A stretch of DNA of 64,000 nucleotides from Octopus bimaculoides (GCF_001194135.2 NC_068990.1:68057088-68121087); one strand, 5' to 3'; positions 25,541 through 38,690 are shown, counted from the first letter of the stretch. Numbers and translations: made by a program. Notes: generated by a model not told the origin, from the letters alone.

Positions 25541-26280
25541 CCTCCCTATTTAAATATATCTCTTAGAGCCATTGATCCTCCTGCTAAAAGCTGTACCAAT
25601 TTTTGTTCTGAAGAATTTATCTAATCCTTGTTCTGCAAACACTGTGTCCTAATCCCTAAGCTATGATTCTCAAAATCAAAACCTGATAATTCTTGGAATT
25701 CATGGAACATCCAGCATTTGATCCATTTCAACTATGCTAAGGCAACACACAATTGAACCATTAATATTCTATGAGAAACAATTCCAAGATCAAAAATGTC
25801 GGTGTTGTATGTCAAACACATAAAGAGACAAAAGAAACGGTTTTTAAAACTGAATGAAATAAATATTTAAATATTTAAAACAAAAATTTCTGAGAGACAG
25901 AGAGAGGAGGAGAGAGAGAGAGAAAAAGAGATGTAAAAGTGAAAATAATTATTTACATCGCAGTTACTTCTATTTTTAATGTCACATCTATGTGTTAAAA
26001 AGATATTTAGAAAACAGATAAAATGAATACATTTTGGAAATTAATTACTGGAAAAAAATCTTAAAATGTTCAAAGGTTATTGCAGAATTTGTGTAGAATG
26101 TGATGACATTATGTAAATGTATATAAATTGAAGTGAAAAAGAAAAAGAAATGCCAGATGTACTAAATAGTGTTGGATGGAAGAGATGAACATTTCAGATG
26201 TCATGCAGATAAGGAGAGACAGAGGAAAGATGTGAATATACTCAGAGTAAAAGTATAAATAAATTGCTACATACATATAT

Positions 26281-26318
<38 letters not shown>

Positions 26319-26544
26319 CTAAATACATTTTGTAGGCTACATATTAATATCTTGATATCACATATAAATATCTAAGTATTGAGATATATATAGATATTTA
26401 TGATATATTTAAATAAATGCTCATACTAATATATATTTGAATAAATTTTCATCTCTGAATCAGACACACACACACACACACGTGTAAATACCAAAGTACA
26501 AGTTATCTATTCCAAAGAATGTATCATAGTGAATAATAATAATG

Positions 26545-26760
26545 TTTCAGATTTTGGAGCAAAGCCAGCATTTTTGAAGTGAGTTACATTTATCAATTAC
26601 ATTGATACTCATACTTGATTGGTACCTTATTTTATCGACCAGAAAAGGAAGAAAGGCAGAGTCAACCACAGAGGAATTTGAACTCCAAACATGAAGATCC
26701 AGAAGAACTGCCAGTTAACATTTTGTCCAACATGCTAACGATTCTACCAGCTCGCTGCCA
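26545..26760 (-). mobile_element. SINE family B
   Basis: cttattttatcgacc..aaaggaagaaaggcagagtcaacc..ggaatttgaactc...gctaacgattctaccagctcgctgcc. Confidence 0.75.
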
Positions 26761-26768
26761 ACATTAAC

Positions 26769-26816
<48 letters not shown>

Positions 26817-28710
26817 GACATTCCATAAATAAGTGGCAGACAGTGCTACAGCTACAAACAAAGGAGGGACTCATAAAAACCAAAGCCATCCCCATTAGAA
26901 GAGGAATATTCCAGGGAGACATACTCTCTCCACTCCTTTTCTGCTTGGCACTGACACTTTTATCTGACATGCTAAACAGAACTGGATGCAGATTCAACTG
27001 TTACGGCAAAACAATCAGCCACCTCTTATATATGGATGACCTAAAACTGTATGCTACAAATAATAAACAGCTGGAAACATTACTACAGACAGTACATTGA
27101 TTTACCAAGGAAATAAATATGAAATTTGGCTTAGGAAAATGGGCCAAAGCAACCTTGAAAAGAGGAAACCTTGTTAAGAGTAGCAACATTACACTAGACA
27201 AAGCAAATGAAATAAGAGAATTAGACCAAAGCCAGACACACAAATATTTAGGAATCAATGAACTAGGTATGATACAACACACACAAATGAAAGAGAAAAA
27301 AAAATACAATAGGTTAGTTAGATTAATACTGAAAACAGAGCTCAACGTGAAAAACAAGATAATAGATATTAACACTTTAGCTGTCTCAGTTATAAGTTAC
27401 AGCTACAATATGACAATACAATATGACAATATATGTTACAGCTACAATACAACTGGACTCTAAATGAACTAATCAAAATAGACAGAGAAACAAGAAAAAT
27501 AATGACAGGATTTAGGATGCACCAACCAAAATTTGACACGGAAAGGTTATATATACAACGTATATATGGTAGAGACCTGATACAGCTAGAAAATTATTAC
27601 AAAATAACCACCATAGGACTACAAAAATACCTACTTCAGAAGCAAGGAAAAACTAATAAAAATACCTACAAAACACGAACAAACCAAAAAAAACCGTTTT
27701 CAGTCTTTAAGGAAGCTAACAAATACAAACAAGAAGTCATACAACCTAACAACTATGAAGAAAAAGAAGAAACAACAAAAGCTGAAAAACAAATGAAATC
27801 CAAACTAAAAATAGAACAGCAATGAATCGTGATAAAATGATGGCAAAAAAAGCCCCTTCATGGCAAATATTGGGTTAAACTAAATGCAAAAGAAAGACAA
27901 TGCAAAATCTCAACAATGGTTGAGACACTCAAGACTCAAAGCAGAAATTGAAGGATTTTTAATGCATCACAAGACCAAAGCTTCCCCATCAGAAATTACT
28001 AAAAACATATAATGTAAAGAAACATAAGTAACTGCAAAATATATGAAGATGGACAAGAAACATTAAATCATATTGTCTTTGGCTGCCCAGTCCTGGCTAA
28101 GAAGGAATATATTCATAGACATGACAGAGTTGGGACTTACATAGGCTGGAAGCTATGCCAACACTATGGAATAACAACAGAAAAAATAGATGGTATAGGC
28201 ACACATCAGAAAAGGTAACAGAAAATGAGAAAGCAACAATACTATGGGATATGTCAATACACACAGATAGAGGAATTAAGGCCAATAAGCCAGATATAGT
28301 TGTCAGAGATCATGAAGAAAAAAAACGCTTTCTGATTGACCTATCAATACCAACAGATGACAGTATGTCTCTAAAAGAAATGTTCAAAATACAAACACCT
28401 GGAAATAGAGTTAACTCGAATGTGGAATCTAAAAACAGAAACAATTCCTATCATAATAGGCGCATTAGGTATGATAAAAAAATATTCAGACAAATACATA
28501 ACAAAAAACACCAGGACTAACAAATATATATATATATATATATATAAAACATACAGGAAATAGCACTACTAGACACTGTGCACATCCTACATAAAACACT
28601 TTCAATACAGTAACTATAAGGGCATCACAACAAACTACACCACATACTCAAGGCACACAGAGCTGCACTTCGTAGTACAGTGAAAGCACGTAATAAAAAT
28701 AAAACTACTG
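26817..28710 (+). mobile_element. 5'-truncated non-LTR retrotransposon, RT + CCHC + restriction-like endonuclease (R4/Dong-like), pseudogenised
   Basis: RT motifs RRGIFQGDILSPLLF and HLLYMDDLKLY; C..C..ETLNHI..GC knuckle relic; RLE motif KPDIVV..LIDLSIP; C-end EIALLDTVHIL; (TAA)n on both sides. Confidence 0.92.
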
Positions 28711-28744
28711 AATAATAATAATAACAATAATAATCGTATAGGTG

Positions 28745-28825
28745 CAAACTCAGAACATGAAGATAGACAAAATACTGCTAAGCATTTCAGCTGGCATGCT
28801 AACGGTTCTACTATCCCACTGCCTT
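28745..28825 (-). mobile_element. SINE family B, head fragment
   Basis: aactcagaacatgaagatagacaaaatactgctaagcatttc..gcatgctaacggttct. Confidence 0.65.
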
Positions 28826-29255
28826 ACTTTAATAATAATAATAGTGATAATCCTTTCTGCTATAGACACAAGGTAAGGTAGTTGTAAATTTCTCAATAGT
28901 TTAGGGTAGGTGTTTTCTTTCTCACCAATCAACTGATTTCCAGTACTGTAGATAGTTTTTCTTCTCTCTCAAATCTCTATGTATTTTATATATATGTATT
29001 TTATTGAACTCTTTACTGGAATATTTCACCAGTACTCTTTCATACTATGAGTGGTTATGGCCTCTACAACACTGTGGGTACTCATACCTTTTGCTTCAGG
29101 GTTATTCTTCTGAAAGATTTCATTGTACAGTGTCTTGGCTATAACATCATGTTTCATCGTTAGATAATAACACAATGACAAATTTGTATAACTGTTTATG
29201 ATGTGGTTGATAGCTTCAGGGTTACCTACACAAAGTCTGCATTACATTTGGTATT

Positions 29256-29911
29256 NNNNNNNNNNNNNNNNNNNNNNNNNNNNNNNNNNNNNNNNNNNNN
29301 NNNNNNNNNNNNNNNNNNNNNNNNNNNNNNNNNNNNNNNNNNNNNNNNNNNNNNNNNNNNNNNNNNNNNNNNNNNNNNNNNNNNNNNNNNNNNNNNNNNN
29401 NNNNNNNNNNNNNNNNNNNNNNNNNNNNNNNNNNNNNNNNNNNNNNNNNNNNNNNNNNNNNNNNNNNNNNNNNNNNNNNNNNNNNNNNNNNNNNNNNNNN
29501 NNNNNNNNNNNNNNNNNNNNNNNNNNNNNNNNNNNNNNNNNNNNNNNNNNNNNNNNNNNNNNNNNNNNNNNNNNNNNNNNNNNNNNNNNNNNNNNNNNNN
29601 NNNNNNNNNNNNNNNNNNNNNNNNNNNNNNNNNNNNNNNNNNNNNNNNNNNNNNNNNNNNNNNNNNNNNNNNNNNNNNNNNNNNNNNNNNNNNNNNNNNN
29701 NNNNNNNNNNNNNNNNNNNNNNNNNNNNNNNNNNNNNNNNNNNNNNNNNNNNNNNNNNNNNNNNNNNNNNNNNNNNNNNNNNNNNNNNNNNNNNNNNNNN
29801 NNNNNNNNNNNNNNNNNNNNNNNNNNNNNNNNNNNNNNNNNNNNNNNNNNNNNNNNNNNNNNNNNNNNNNNNNNNNNNNNNNNNNNNNNNNNNNNNNNNN
29901 NNNNNNNNNNN
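29256..29911. other. Assembly gap (N run)
   Basis: Run of n. Confidence 0.99.
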
Positions 29912-30157
29912 GCTTGTACGGGTGGCACATAAAAGACACCATTTCGAGCGTGGCCGTTTTCGTGGGGGTGACACGTAAAAGCACCCACTACACTCTCTGA
30001 GTGGTTGGCGTTAGGAAGGGCATCCAGCTGTAGAAACTCTGCCAAATTAGATTGGAGCCTGGTGTTGCCATCCGGTTTTACCAGTCCTGAGTCAAATCGT
30101 CCAACCCATGCTAGCATGGAAAGCGGACGTCAAACGATGATGATGATGATGATGATG
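29912..30157 (+). mobile_element. RTE LINE 3' tail, young-looking copy
   Basis: CpG retained; ggcgttaggaagggcatccagctgtagaaac...ggaaagcggacgtcaaac(gat)n. Confidence 0.85.
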
Positions 30158-30430
30158 ATATACACATATATAAATAAACCATAAAATGTCAGGAGACATG
30201 AGAGATGATTACATTTATTTAACCACTTGTCATCCTTAAGTTTATAGCGATTTCACAGCCTTCCTCATGTCGAAATAATTTCAGTGTGGAATAAATCATG
30301 TTTACATGTTTGCATTAATATGCATGCTATGCATTATATATTTGTATATTCACAAACCAATCCAAATAAAGAAAGGTAGATCATCAAGCCACCAGAATAT
30401 CATGGTTACATCAACAATACAACTAAGTAT

Positions 30431-30633
30431 TCTTTTATTTGTTTCAGTTATTTGACTGTGGCCATGCTGGAGCACCGCCCGTAGTCGAGCAAATCAACCA
30501 CAGGACGTATTCTTTGTTAGCCTAGTACTTATTCCATTGGTCTCTTTTGCCGAACTGCTAATTACATGGACATAAATACACCAGCATCAGTTGTCAAGTG
30601 ATGTTGGGGAAGCAAACACAGATACACAAACAT

Positions 30634-30670
<37 letters not shown>

Positions 30671-30844
30671 AATATATACACTATGGGCTTCTTTCAGTTT
30701 CCATCTACCAAATCCACTCACAAGGCTTTGGTCGGCCCAAGGCTATAGTAGAAGACACTTGCCCAAGGTGCCATGCAGTGGGACTGAACCCAGAACCATG
30801 TGGTTGGTAAGCAAGCTACTTACCACACAGCCACTCCTGCACCT
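30431..30844 (-). mobile_element. SINE family A, full-length reference copy in this window
   Basis: Head gcaggagtggctgtgtggtaagtagcttgcttaccaaccacatggttctgggttcagtccc, internal microsatellite, tail ...gactgaaac. Confidence 0.9.
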
Positions 30845-32619
30845 GCATATATACAAAATTTCCTTAACAAAAAACAACACATCTTTTTATTTTTCTGATC
30901 AAACCAAGCTTATTACTGGCTTCCATACATTATAATATATAAAGACAAAATTTTGTATGTATACTTAGAATTGTGTCTTTGGTGTAACCATGAGGTTCTG
31001 GTGATCTGACAAGATACCTTTATTTACATTGATTTGTGGATATATTGTAGAATGCAAAGATGCAAACATAATTTATTCCACACTAAAATTATTTCTCCAT
31101 AAAGAATGCTGTGAAATGGCTATAATCCGAAGACTGTCAAGTGTTTCAAGAAATATATTCATCTCTTGTACTTATTATGCTTTATCCTCATAAAATAATT
31201 TCATTGATTGGATTTTCTGGATTTAGCTGCATGGACACTCTGCATTACACTTCTCTGCATTGGGTTACTTTGTTGTCTGATAGCCAAGTCCATTACAGAA
31301 GTTTTCTGTGATAGTCACACAATTCTCTGAATCCATATATTGCACAAAAAAGTTTGTGTGCGTGCATGCATGGTTTTTTTTCCCAACATTTTCTGGTTTT
31401 GTATGTCAATTGTGTCTACTTGTTAATAACTTAGTAGCTTTTGTTGCAGAAACTACCAAGTTCAACAATATTGCCAGAAGGTATCAAAACTGTGATATTC
31501 CGTCAACAACTGACAATGGATTAAGTGTGTTTGCATTCAGTTTGTGTGTTTATATGTGTAAATGCATATGAGTATACATATCATATATGTGTGTGCATGT
31601 GTTTGTGTGTGTGTGTGTGTGAAAGAGAGTTTATATGACACCAGCCTAGAAGAAATAATCTTTTAAGTCTTGAAATTTACCAATGCAGCAAGTAGACGAA
31701 ATAAGAAGCAGACTGAAATAGATACTAGGGTCATAATTTTAAACTAAACCCTTCAAGGTGGTGCCTAAGAATGGTTACAGTCTTGTTACTGAAACCACTG
31801 AAAACCACTAAAATAACAAAAGGAAGTAGTTTTACATGCATATATGATAACATGAACATCTTCATATATAACAGATATCATTTGTAAGTGCAGTTATATT
31901 GATATTACTAAATATATGGGTATGAGTATAGTAATGGAATCCTCAAACAAAATATTAATATTTAGTATAAAAGCATACATACAAAATATATATATTCATA
32001 CACACACACTCACATATATACAAGTGTGTGTGGGGGATTTCACTTATGGTGGCATGGTAGAGTCCTAACTGTATTCAATAGTGCAGAGATCACTAATGGC
32101 TCTGATATTAAAAGCATAAAGTTATGATATTGAAAATCAGTTAACAGCTAATAGATTAATATTTATATGTGTGAATATTATCCAGAGATTTATGTTAGAT
32201 TTATCTAAAATTCACGATATTACTTCCCTTTGTTCTTAGTTTTCTTACATCTTCACTTAATGCGTGAGTGTATGTGCACTTATATATGATCCTATGAAAC
32301 AGAGTGGTGGACTTTGTTTAAGTATATAACAATAATTTTATTGGTTTTTGCAATAAATGTGCATACTTCTGTACCTATACTTCTTTTGATAATGCAATCT
32401 TCAGGTATGATTTCCAAGTACAAGAGCACCACATAAAGATACATACACACATATTGATGGAATATTTCCAGAAGAAACATGGTAAGAGATTGCTATTCAA
32501 CAAAAAATACTCTTAAGCCAGTTTCTTGGTAAGGAGGTCACATCTGAGAAAAAAGCAGATTGGATTAAATTGAGAGTACAATCTAACTTTATTCATTTGT
32601 TTTAATCTGTATCATCATT

Positions 32620-32962
32620 CTAAGGTTCTCAGTCATTTTCTATTTATGGACCCCTTTGATTACTATTGTATTTTGGTGGATCTCCACACTTATTCTATGT
32701 TTAAAAACTAGTTTTATAGAAACTTCTTACAAACTTCCTATTTTGTTTTCCACATTAACTTGTGCAAGTTGAACTATGTAAAACATTCAAGAAAGAAATC
32801 TAGCTGTTTCTCTCAATAAAATACATCTAAAGCAAAATCTTTTTTTGTGGCCCCATTAATATATTACCATGGGTCCTCACAATTTACTATTTTTCTTGCA
32901 TGGTCCCCAAAAATCTTATATGGACCACAAGGAGTCATATGGATCTCAGTTGAGAAGCACTT
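32620..32962. mobile_element. hAT-like non-autonomous element (degenerate)
   Basis: Ends ggttctca... and ...gttgagaagcact resemble CAGTGGTTCTCAAC-type TIRs. Confidence 0.45.
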
Positions 32963-33189
32963 AGACACAAATGCATGTTATTGAAGCATTCTTCTGCAGA
33001 CTCATGTTCTTCTGGTCGTGAGCACTTACTAGTTCTTCTGCAAGCTAGGAGCTAGTAGACAATTTCCAGTAGACAGAGAATTGTCGACAAAGTTTATTAT
33101 TTGTTGCTAAGTGCAGAATAATAATCGTTCAATGAAACTAGTGCACACACACACTTTCATAAGTATGTAGCACAAAAAGATATCACAGT

Positions 33190-33425
33190 CTTTCCCAAGT
33201 CATAGGCTTATAAAGCTGGTTTCCTGGGGTCCGTGTTGTATATATTTCCCAACTGGATAAGATAAGATTCTGGTCTGTCACAGGATTGCTCACTTTTGCC
33301 AACAGAGTGGACTGCAGTAATATGAAATGAAGTGTTTTTGTCAAGAACACAACACATTGCCCAGTCCTGAAATCAAAACTACTATCATATGATTCATGGG
33401 TGTAACACCCCAACCATTAAGCCAC
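33190..33425 (-). mobile_element. tRNA/CORE-type SINE
   Basis: gtggactgcagt..gaaatgaagtgtttttgtcaagaacacaacacattgcccagtcctgaaatcaaaac is the reverse complement of the 48325 family. Confidence 0.6.
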
Positions 33426-33479
33426 ACACACACACATGTTAAATTGAGCTGTGCAGCAACATATTGAAACAAAACTGCA

Positions 33480-33720
33480 AATAGTACATCTTTCTTGAAC
33501 TGCTCATGCTTGATTTGATTTCATTCAAATTCCATCTTCCCATCATGTTCTGCATTTCTTCTTGATGAATGATCCAGAGCAAGATTTTCACATCTATTTT
33601 CCAAGAATTCATCCTTCTCCAGTGTATTTTTGATACAGGCCTTATACCTTAATTTCAGTTTGTGTGAAGGTCTTTTACTCTGAGATAACTTACCATATGT
33701 CAGATCACACCTAGTGCAAC
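33480..33720 (-). mobile_element. Second RTE-type LINE C-terminus relic
   Basis: YGKLSQSKRPSHKLKLRYKACIKNTL...ENLALDHSSRR resembles RTE LYGxLxxGxRxxGxPxxRYKDxxK..WExxAxDRxxWR. Confidence 0.65.
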
Positions 33721-34469
33721 TTGTAGCATTTAACCCAGTATAACCTGTCGCATGGTTGAGTTGTTGGGGATTAAACCAGTAACCCTACCAAGGAGGGTGG
33801 ATTTCATTGTACACCCTGCAGGATGAGATGCAAAACCTGTAGAGTCAATAGCCATTCAACAGCTGGGAGTCAGAGACCTCCGAGTCGTGTTTAAATGTTT
33901 CTCTTGGAGAAAGAAAACTCTAATGTAACACCTGCAACTTCACATACATACATACATACACACATATACTACATACAGCCATACATACACACATACTGGT
34001 ACATGTACATACACACTCAAATAAACAAACACAAACATATGTACATTATATGCACAATACACACATATACAAAACACATATACATGCATATGTTAAGTAA
34101 ACATTGGCTTCCTTAATAAACTAGAAATTTTATTTAATCACTGAAGCTGAAAATTTGTTTCAAGTGTAAAATCAGGTGCAACTCAATAATAAGGTGAATA
34201 ATCTTTCCTAATACATCCCTCCAAGGAAGGAACCTACATACAAGAAATTATTGGTTTCTGAAGAAATAGAGAAGTAAAGATATTGTAGTGTTTCAAGACT
34301 TTCATAAGAAATTTCAAAACTTTCATAATAAGTAAAAAGTAAGTTATAATAAAATAATACATAAATTAAAAATAATATGTGAATTCCAACAGTTTTGTTT
34401 TTCTTTATAATCCCCATAATTTCAAATTCAAATTTGTAATCCTGCCAAATATTATAAAGAAATGACTAT

Positions 34470-34880
34470 CTTTCTTGTAATGGCTGCAACCAGCAGAGGA
34501 AGCATTAGTTGATTACAGAACTTGACTGGTACTTTAATCTGCCAATCTCAAAAGAATGAAGGGCAAAGCTGATCTCAGCAACATTTGAACTCAGAACATA
34601 AAGAGCCAGAAAAAATGCTGCTACGTATCTTAGCCAACATGCTAATGATTCAGCTAGCTCACAACCTTAACGATAATGGTTTCAAATTTTGGCACCAGGC
34701 CAACAATTCTTGAGGAGGATGCAAGTCAATTACATTGACCCCAGAGCTGAACTGGTACTTATTTTATTGACCCTGAAAGAATGAAAGACCAAGTCAACTC
34801 CAGCAGAATTTGAACTCAGACTGTAAAGTCGAAAGAAATGCCACCAGGCATTTTGTCTGAGGCAGTAACAATTCCACCAG
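34470..34880 (-). mobile_element. Two tandem SINE family B copies
   Basis: actggtact..tttgaactcaga..gcta occurs twice (about 34470-34670 and 34680-34880). Confidence 0.7.
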
Positions 34881-34914
34881 CTACTGCCTTAAACAGCCTA
34901 AATAACAACAACAA

Positions 34915-35275
34915 TGATAATAATAATAATGAGCTTATTGTATACAGTACTCAGGTGCACTACAATTCACTTGAAAACAGAGACAGAAAGCAGCAATAAA
35001 TCAAGTAAAGAAAGACCACAGCAAAAGTCAAAAGTGTGTGCATAGTTCACTGAATAAAACAGAAAAAGACAGAAAGAGTGAAAAGTAAAAGAGTTGTAAA
35101 GAGAAACGGGAGCCTATGCATATCAGGAGCAGTGATGGTGAATTTCAGGAAGCACAGAATTTTTGAAGGATGCAGTGTCCTGACAGCTAACAGCAGACAC
35201 TGGTAGTTTATTTCATGGTTCGGAAATACTGAGCATGATGAACATGTTTCCAAAATTCATGTGTTGTACTACTTT
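34915..35275 (-). mobile_element. CR1/L2-like LINE 3' end with (TTA)n tail
   Basis: Homologous to 16665-17015; both start aataataatgagctt..atacag..caggtgcactacaattcac. Confidence 0.55.
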
Positions 35276-36099
35276 TTTGTTGCTCGCTAACTGTATTTTC
35301 TGTGGTATATCACATATATTATGTAAAATTGATTGATAAAGATTTAGCCATTAATAAAGTAAATAATGTAGGTTACAAGTAAAAAGTTCTTGAAGGAATT
35401 CTGCGATGTAAATTTGATATTCAGCAAAAACAATTTATTTTGATAGAAGTAGTGCAATAACCTATACGTAAAAATGTTAATAACATTAGGAAGATGTTAG
35501 TGACAAAAGATTAGTCAGAGAACAGATTTCATATCTAATAATGCCGAGTGAGAAATAAGTATATTTCAATATGAAGAAAAGAATCTCAATAAGAGGAAAG
35601 CTACAACTGATTTAATTGCTTTCAGTATTATATGTTAGTGAGACATTTTATCCATACTTGAGGAAGAAACTTGAATTCTGGAACACAAAGTACTTTTACT
35701 GGACAATGTAATATATATATATATATAGTCTGGCGTAGGCACTTTCAATATAAAACAATGACAACTAAAAAATGTAAAAATAAACTGCAGGTAATTATGG
35801 TATTTCATATCTCTTTCAAACAAAATGGAAAAGAAGAAATTAATACACGAATGACTAACTGTTCAATGTATTAGTCAGACAACTTGAAAAAAGATTGCAG
35901 AATAGAATAGAAGAGTAAGATTATATTTGTTGATAATCCTGAAGCAAAATGGTCTTTTTCTTTTTATTTTTCATAGGGAAAATCCTGGAAACTTGAATAT
36001 TAAAACTGTCGAAATATGTTATTTATTTAAATGAATGAGAGGCCTCTGTCAGTCAAGGTTGACTATTCATCTACCCACATATATATGCAGGCGAAGGCA

Positions 36100-36350
36100 C
36101 GTGGCTAAGTGATTAGAGTGTTTCACTCAAAATTGCAAGATCATGGTTTCAAATCTTGGAACAGGTGGTGCATTGAGTTCTTAAGCAAAACACTTCATTT
36201 CACACTGCAATCACTTCAACAACTGACATGTAAGACACCTTGCTCCTGTTCAGGCAACATTGATTTCATAGAGTGAGTGAGCTAATGTAAGGCACAAACA
36301 CATAATCACTATAAGCAAATCATTTGTGCCTGTTGTTCAAGAAATTGCTG
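36100..36350 (+). mobile_element. tRNA/CORE-type SINE (degenerate)
   Basis: cgtggctaagtgattagagtg...ggtttcaaatc...ttcttaagcaaaacacttcatttcac. Confidence 0.55.
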
Positions 36351-36396
36351 AAGCATCTTTTTCAGACTATAAAAGACTACCATCATATCATCTATA

Positions 36397-36968
36397 TACA
36401 GGGTTATTAAAAAAAAAAAAAAAAAAAAAAATGTACTGATTTCATTATGCAATATTTTACTAAGGAAAAGCAATAGAAAACTCCAGCTAAGTCACAAGTA
36501 TTTACTCACACTCAACTTTTATTTCCTGTCTTACAAGTGTTCAATGTGGCCACCACCTGCAGCAGAGGCAACATTAATCTGATAAAAGAATTCCTCCCAG
36601 ACGTGTATCAGCATATCACGATCCACTGAGTTGATTGCTGTTGTTATTTGATGTTTAAGCTCATCGAGGTAAGTGGGTAGCTGTGGAGTTTTCTAAGTTC
36701 TGAATGGTAGCCACACCTTAAACATCAAATAACAACAACAATCAGCTCAGTGGATCAGGATAAGCTGATACGCATCTGGAAGAAATCTCTTATTGCATTG
36801 ATGTTGGCCATGCTGCAGGTGGTGGCCACATTGAACACTTTTAAGAAGTTGATTGTGAAAAAAGTTGATTGTGAGTAAATACTTGTGACTTAGCTGGAGT
36901 TTTCTATTGCTTTCCTTACTAAAATATTGAATAATGAAACTGGTACATTCTTCTTAACTAACCCTGTA
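36397..36968. mobile_element. Foldback MITE built from two inverted Tc1/mariner 3' ends
   Basis: tacagggtta...taaccctgta termini; arms are reverse complements (gaaaactccagctaagtcacaagtatttactcaca / tgtgagtaaatacttgtgacttagctggagttttc); arm encodes a GGHIEH transposase-end relic. Confidence 0.88.
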
Positions 36969-38097
36969 TATGCAGGCCTTTTCACTTATTCCTGTCACAG
37001 GACTGTGGTTATGTTGGGGTACTGCTTTCAGAAGTTTAGCTGAAGAAATTAGTCCCAGTATGTATTTTAAGCCTGATACTTATAACTTTAGTTCTTTTTG
37101 CTGCACTGCAAAGTTACAAGAATGTAAACAAACCAACAGCAGGTTTCAAATAGCTGAAGAGGGATAAATACAAATGCACATATACACATATGATAGACTT
37201 CCACACAGTTTCAATCTACTAAATTTACTCATAAGGTATTGCTCCGCCCAGGGCAATAGTAGAAGACACTTGCCCAAGTTGCCATGCTGCTCACACTTTA
37301 GAAGAGAAGGTGCTGTGGTGATGAGGTGTCAGGGTGTAGCCTCAAGTTATGAGGTGAGTAGATTTGAATGAAGAAAGAAGACTACTGCTTACCTCATACC
37401 TTGGAGGTCCACCTAGACAGCTCAACATTAGTGTATTATTGATTACATCTCTTGTGCAACAAAACATGGAATACAAAGGTATGGGGAATAGAGAAGTTCA
37501 AATGCAGACACATATAATCTAAAAATAAGTCTCTATTTAAAAGCAAACTGCAAAGTTTCATGTCTGTAATACAGTAATTAAGGGTGATTGTAATTATGCT
37601 ATCAGTTTTATTACCATTATTATCAAGTCTTTCGTAGTTCTTGTTTAATTTGTTTCCTACTAATTCAACAAAAGAATTGAGAGAAAGAAAGCTAAAAATG
37701 AAATAATACAATCAACAGACTTATTTTTCTGATCACTACATGTTTTGATATAATTATGATATAAATGTTAAATTAAAATTAATGTGTATGAAGTGAGGAG
37801 GAGGGGAGGAGTTAGAGAGAGAAAGAGAATGAAGGAAAGAAAAGAATATTTATATGTGTCTCGTTCACCATTTACCAATTCTATTCCATCTTCTATCTTT
37901 GCACCACACTTTCATTCTCCCCTTTGTCTCTCTCTCTCTCTCTCTCACTCAAGATCTGATTTCACACTTCTCATTATCTTTTATTCTTTATGTATCTATT
38001 ACTGTTTGTTTTCATGCACGCACACACACACACACACATGTATAAAGATCACTTAGTTCCATTTGGTAGAATATCATTTTTTATTTATTTTTACAAA

Positions 38098-38213
38098 GGA
38101 AAAGGTTAACACTAGCTCCAAAGTTTTGGTTTAATAGCCATCATCAGATAGAATTGATCAGTTCTCACTGATGATGGCTGTTGGGCTAAAACTTCCAAGT
38201 GTCAACGTTTTCT
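38098..38213. repeat. Short imperfect palindrome with two hammerhead-core-like motifs
   Basis: agccatcatcag (38136-38147) vs ctgatgatggct (38168-38179); flanks aaggttaacact / agtgtcaacgtt also pair. Confidence 0.7.
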
Positions 38214-38229
38214 ATGTATAAATATCACT

Positions 38230-38272
38230 TTATCTACATACTTATCTATCTATAGTTATCTTGCTATCAATC

Positions 38273-38308
<36 letters not shown>

Positions 38309-38643
38309 CCCATTTGCTTTAACTATTTATTGGTCTGCCTTACCATCCAGCTAATCATCTCTTTATATCAATCTAAACCCTTCTAATTTTATCTATCTGA
38401 ATCTATCTGTGTATATCTATCTAAATCTATATCTATTTATCCATCTATCTAAATCTATATAGATATCTATATCCATTTATCTTTCTAAATCTAACTAATT
38501 ATATCTATGTAGATATATCTATCTAAAACCTATCTCTCTAAATGTATCTAACTACATCTAGCTATGTAAAACTCTCTCTCACAGAATCTACCTCTCTATC
38601 GATCTCTCTAAATCCATCCATCCATCTGTCCATCCATCCATCC

Positions 38644-38682
<39 letters not shown>

Positions 38683-38690
38683 AGCTATCA
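38230..38690. repeat. Degenerate (TATC)n/(TCCA)n satellite with (CA)n
   Basis: Visible tetranucleotide periodicity. Confidence 0.85.
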
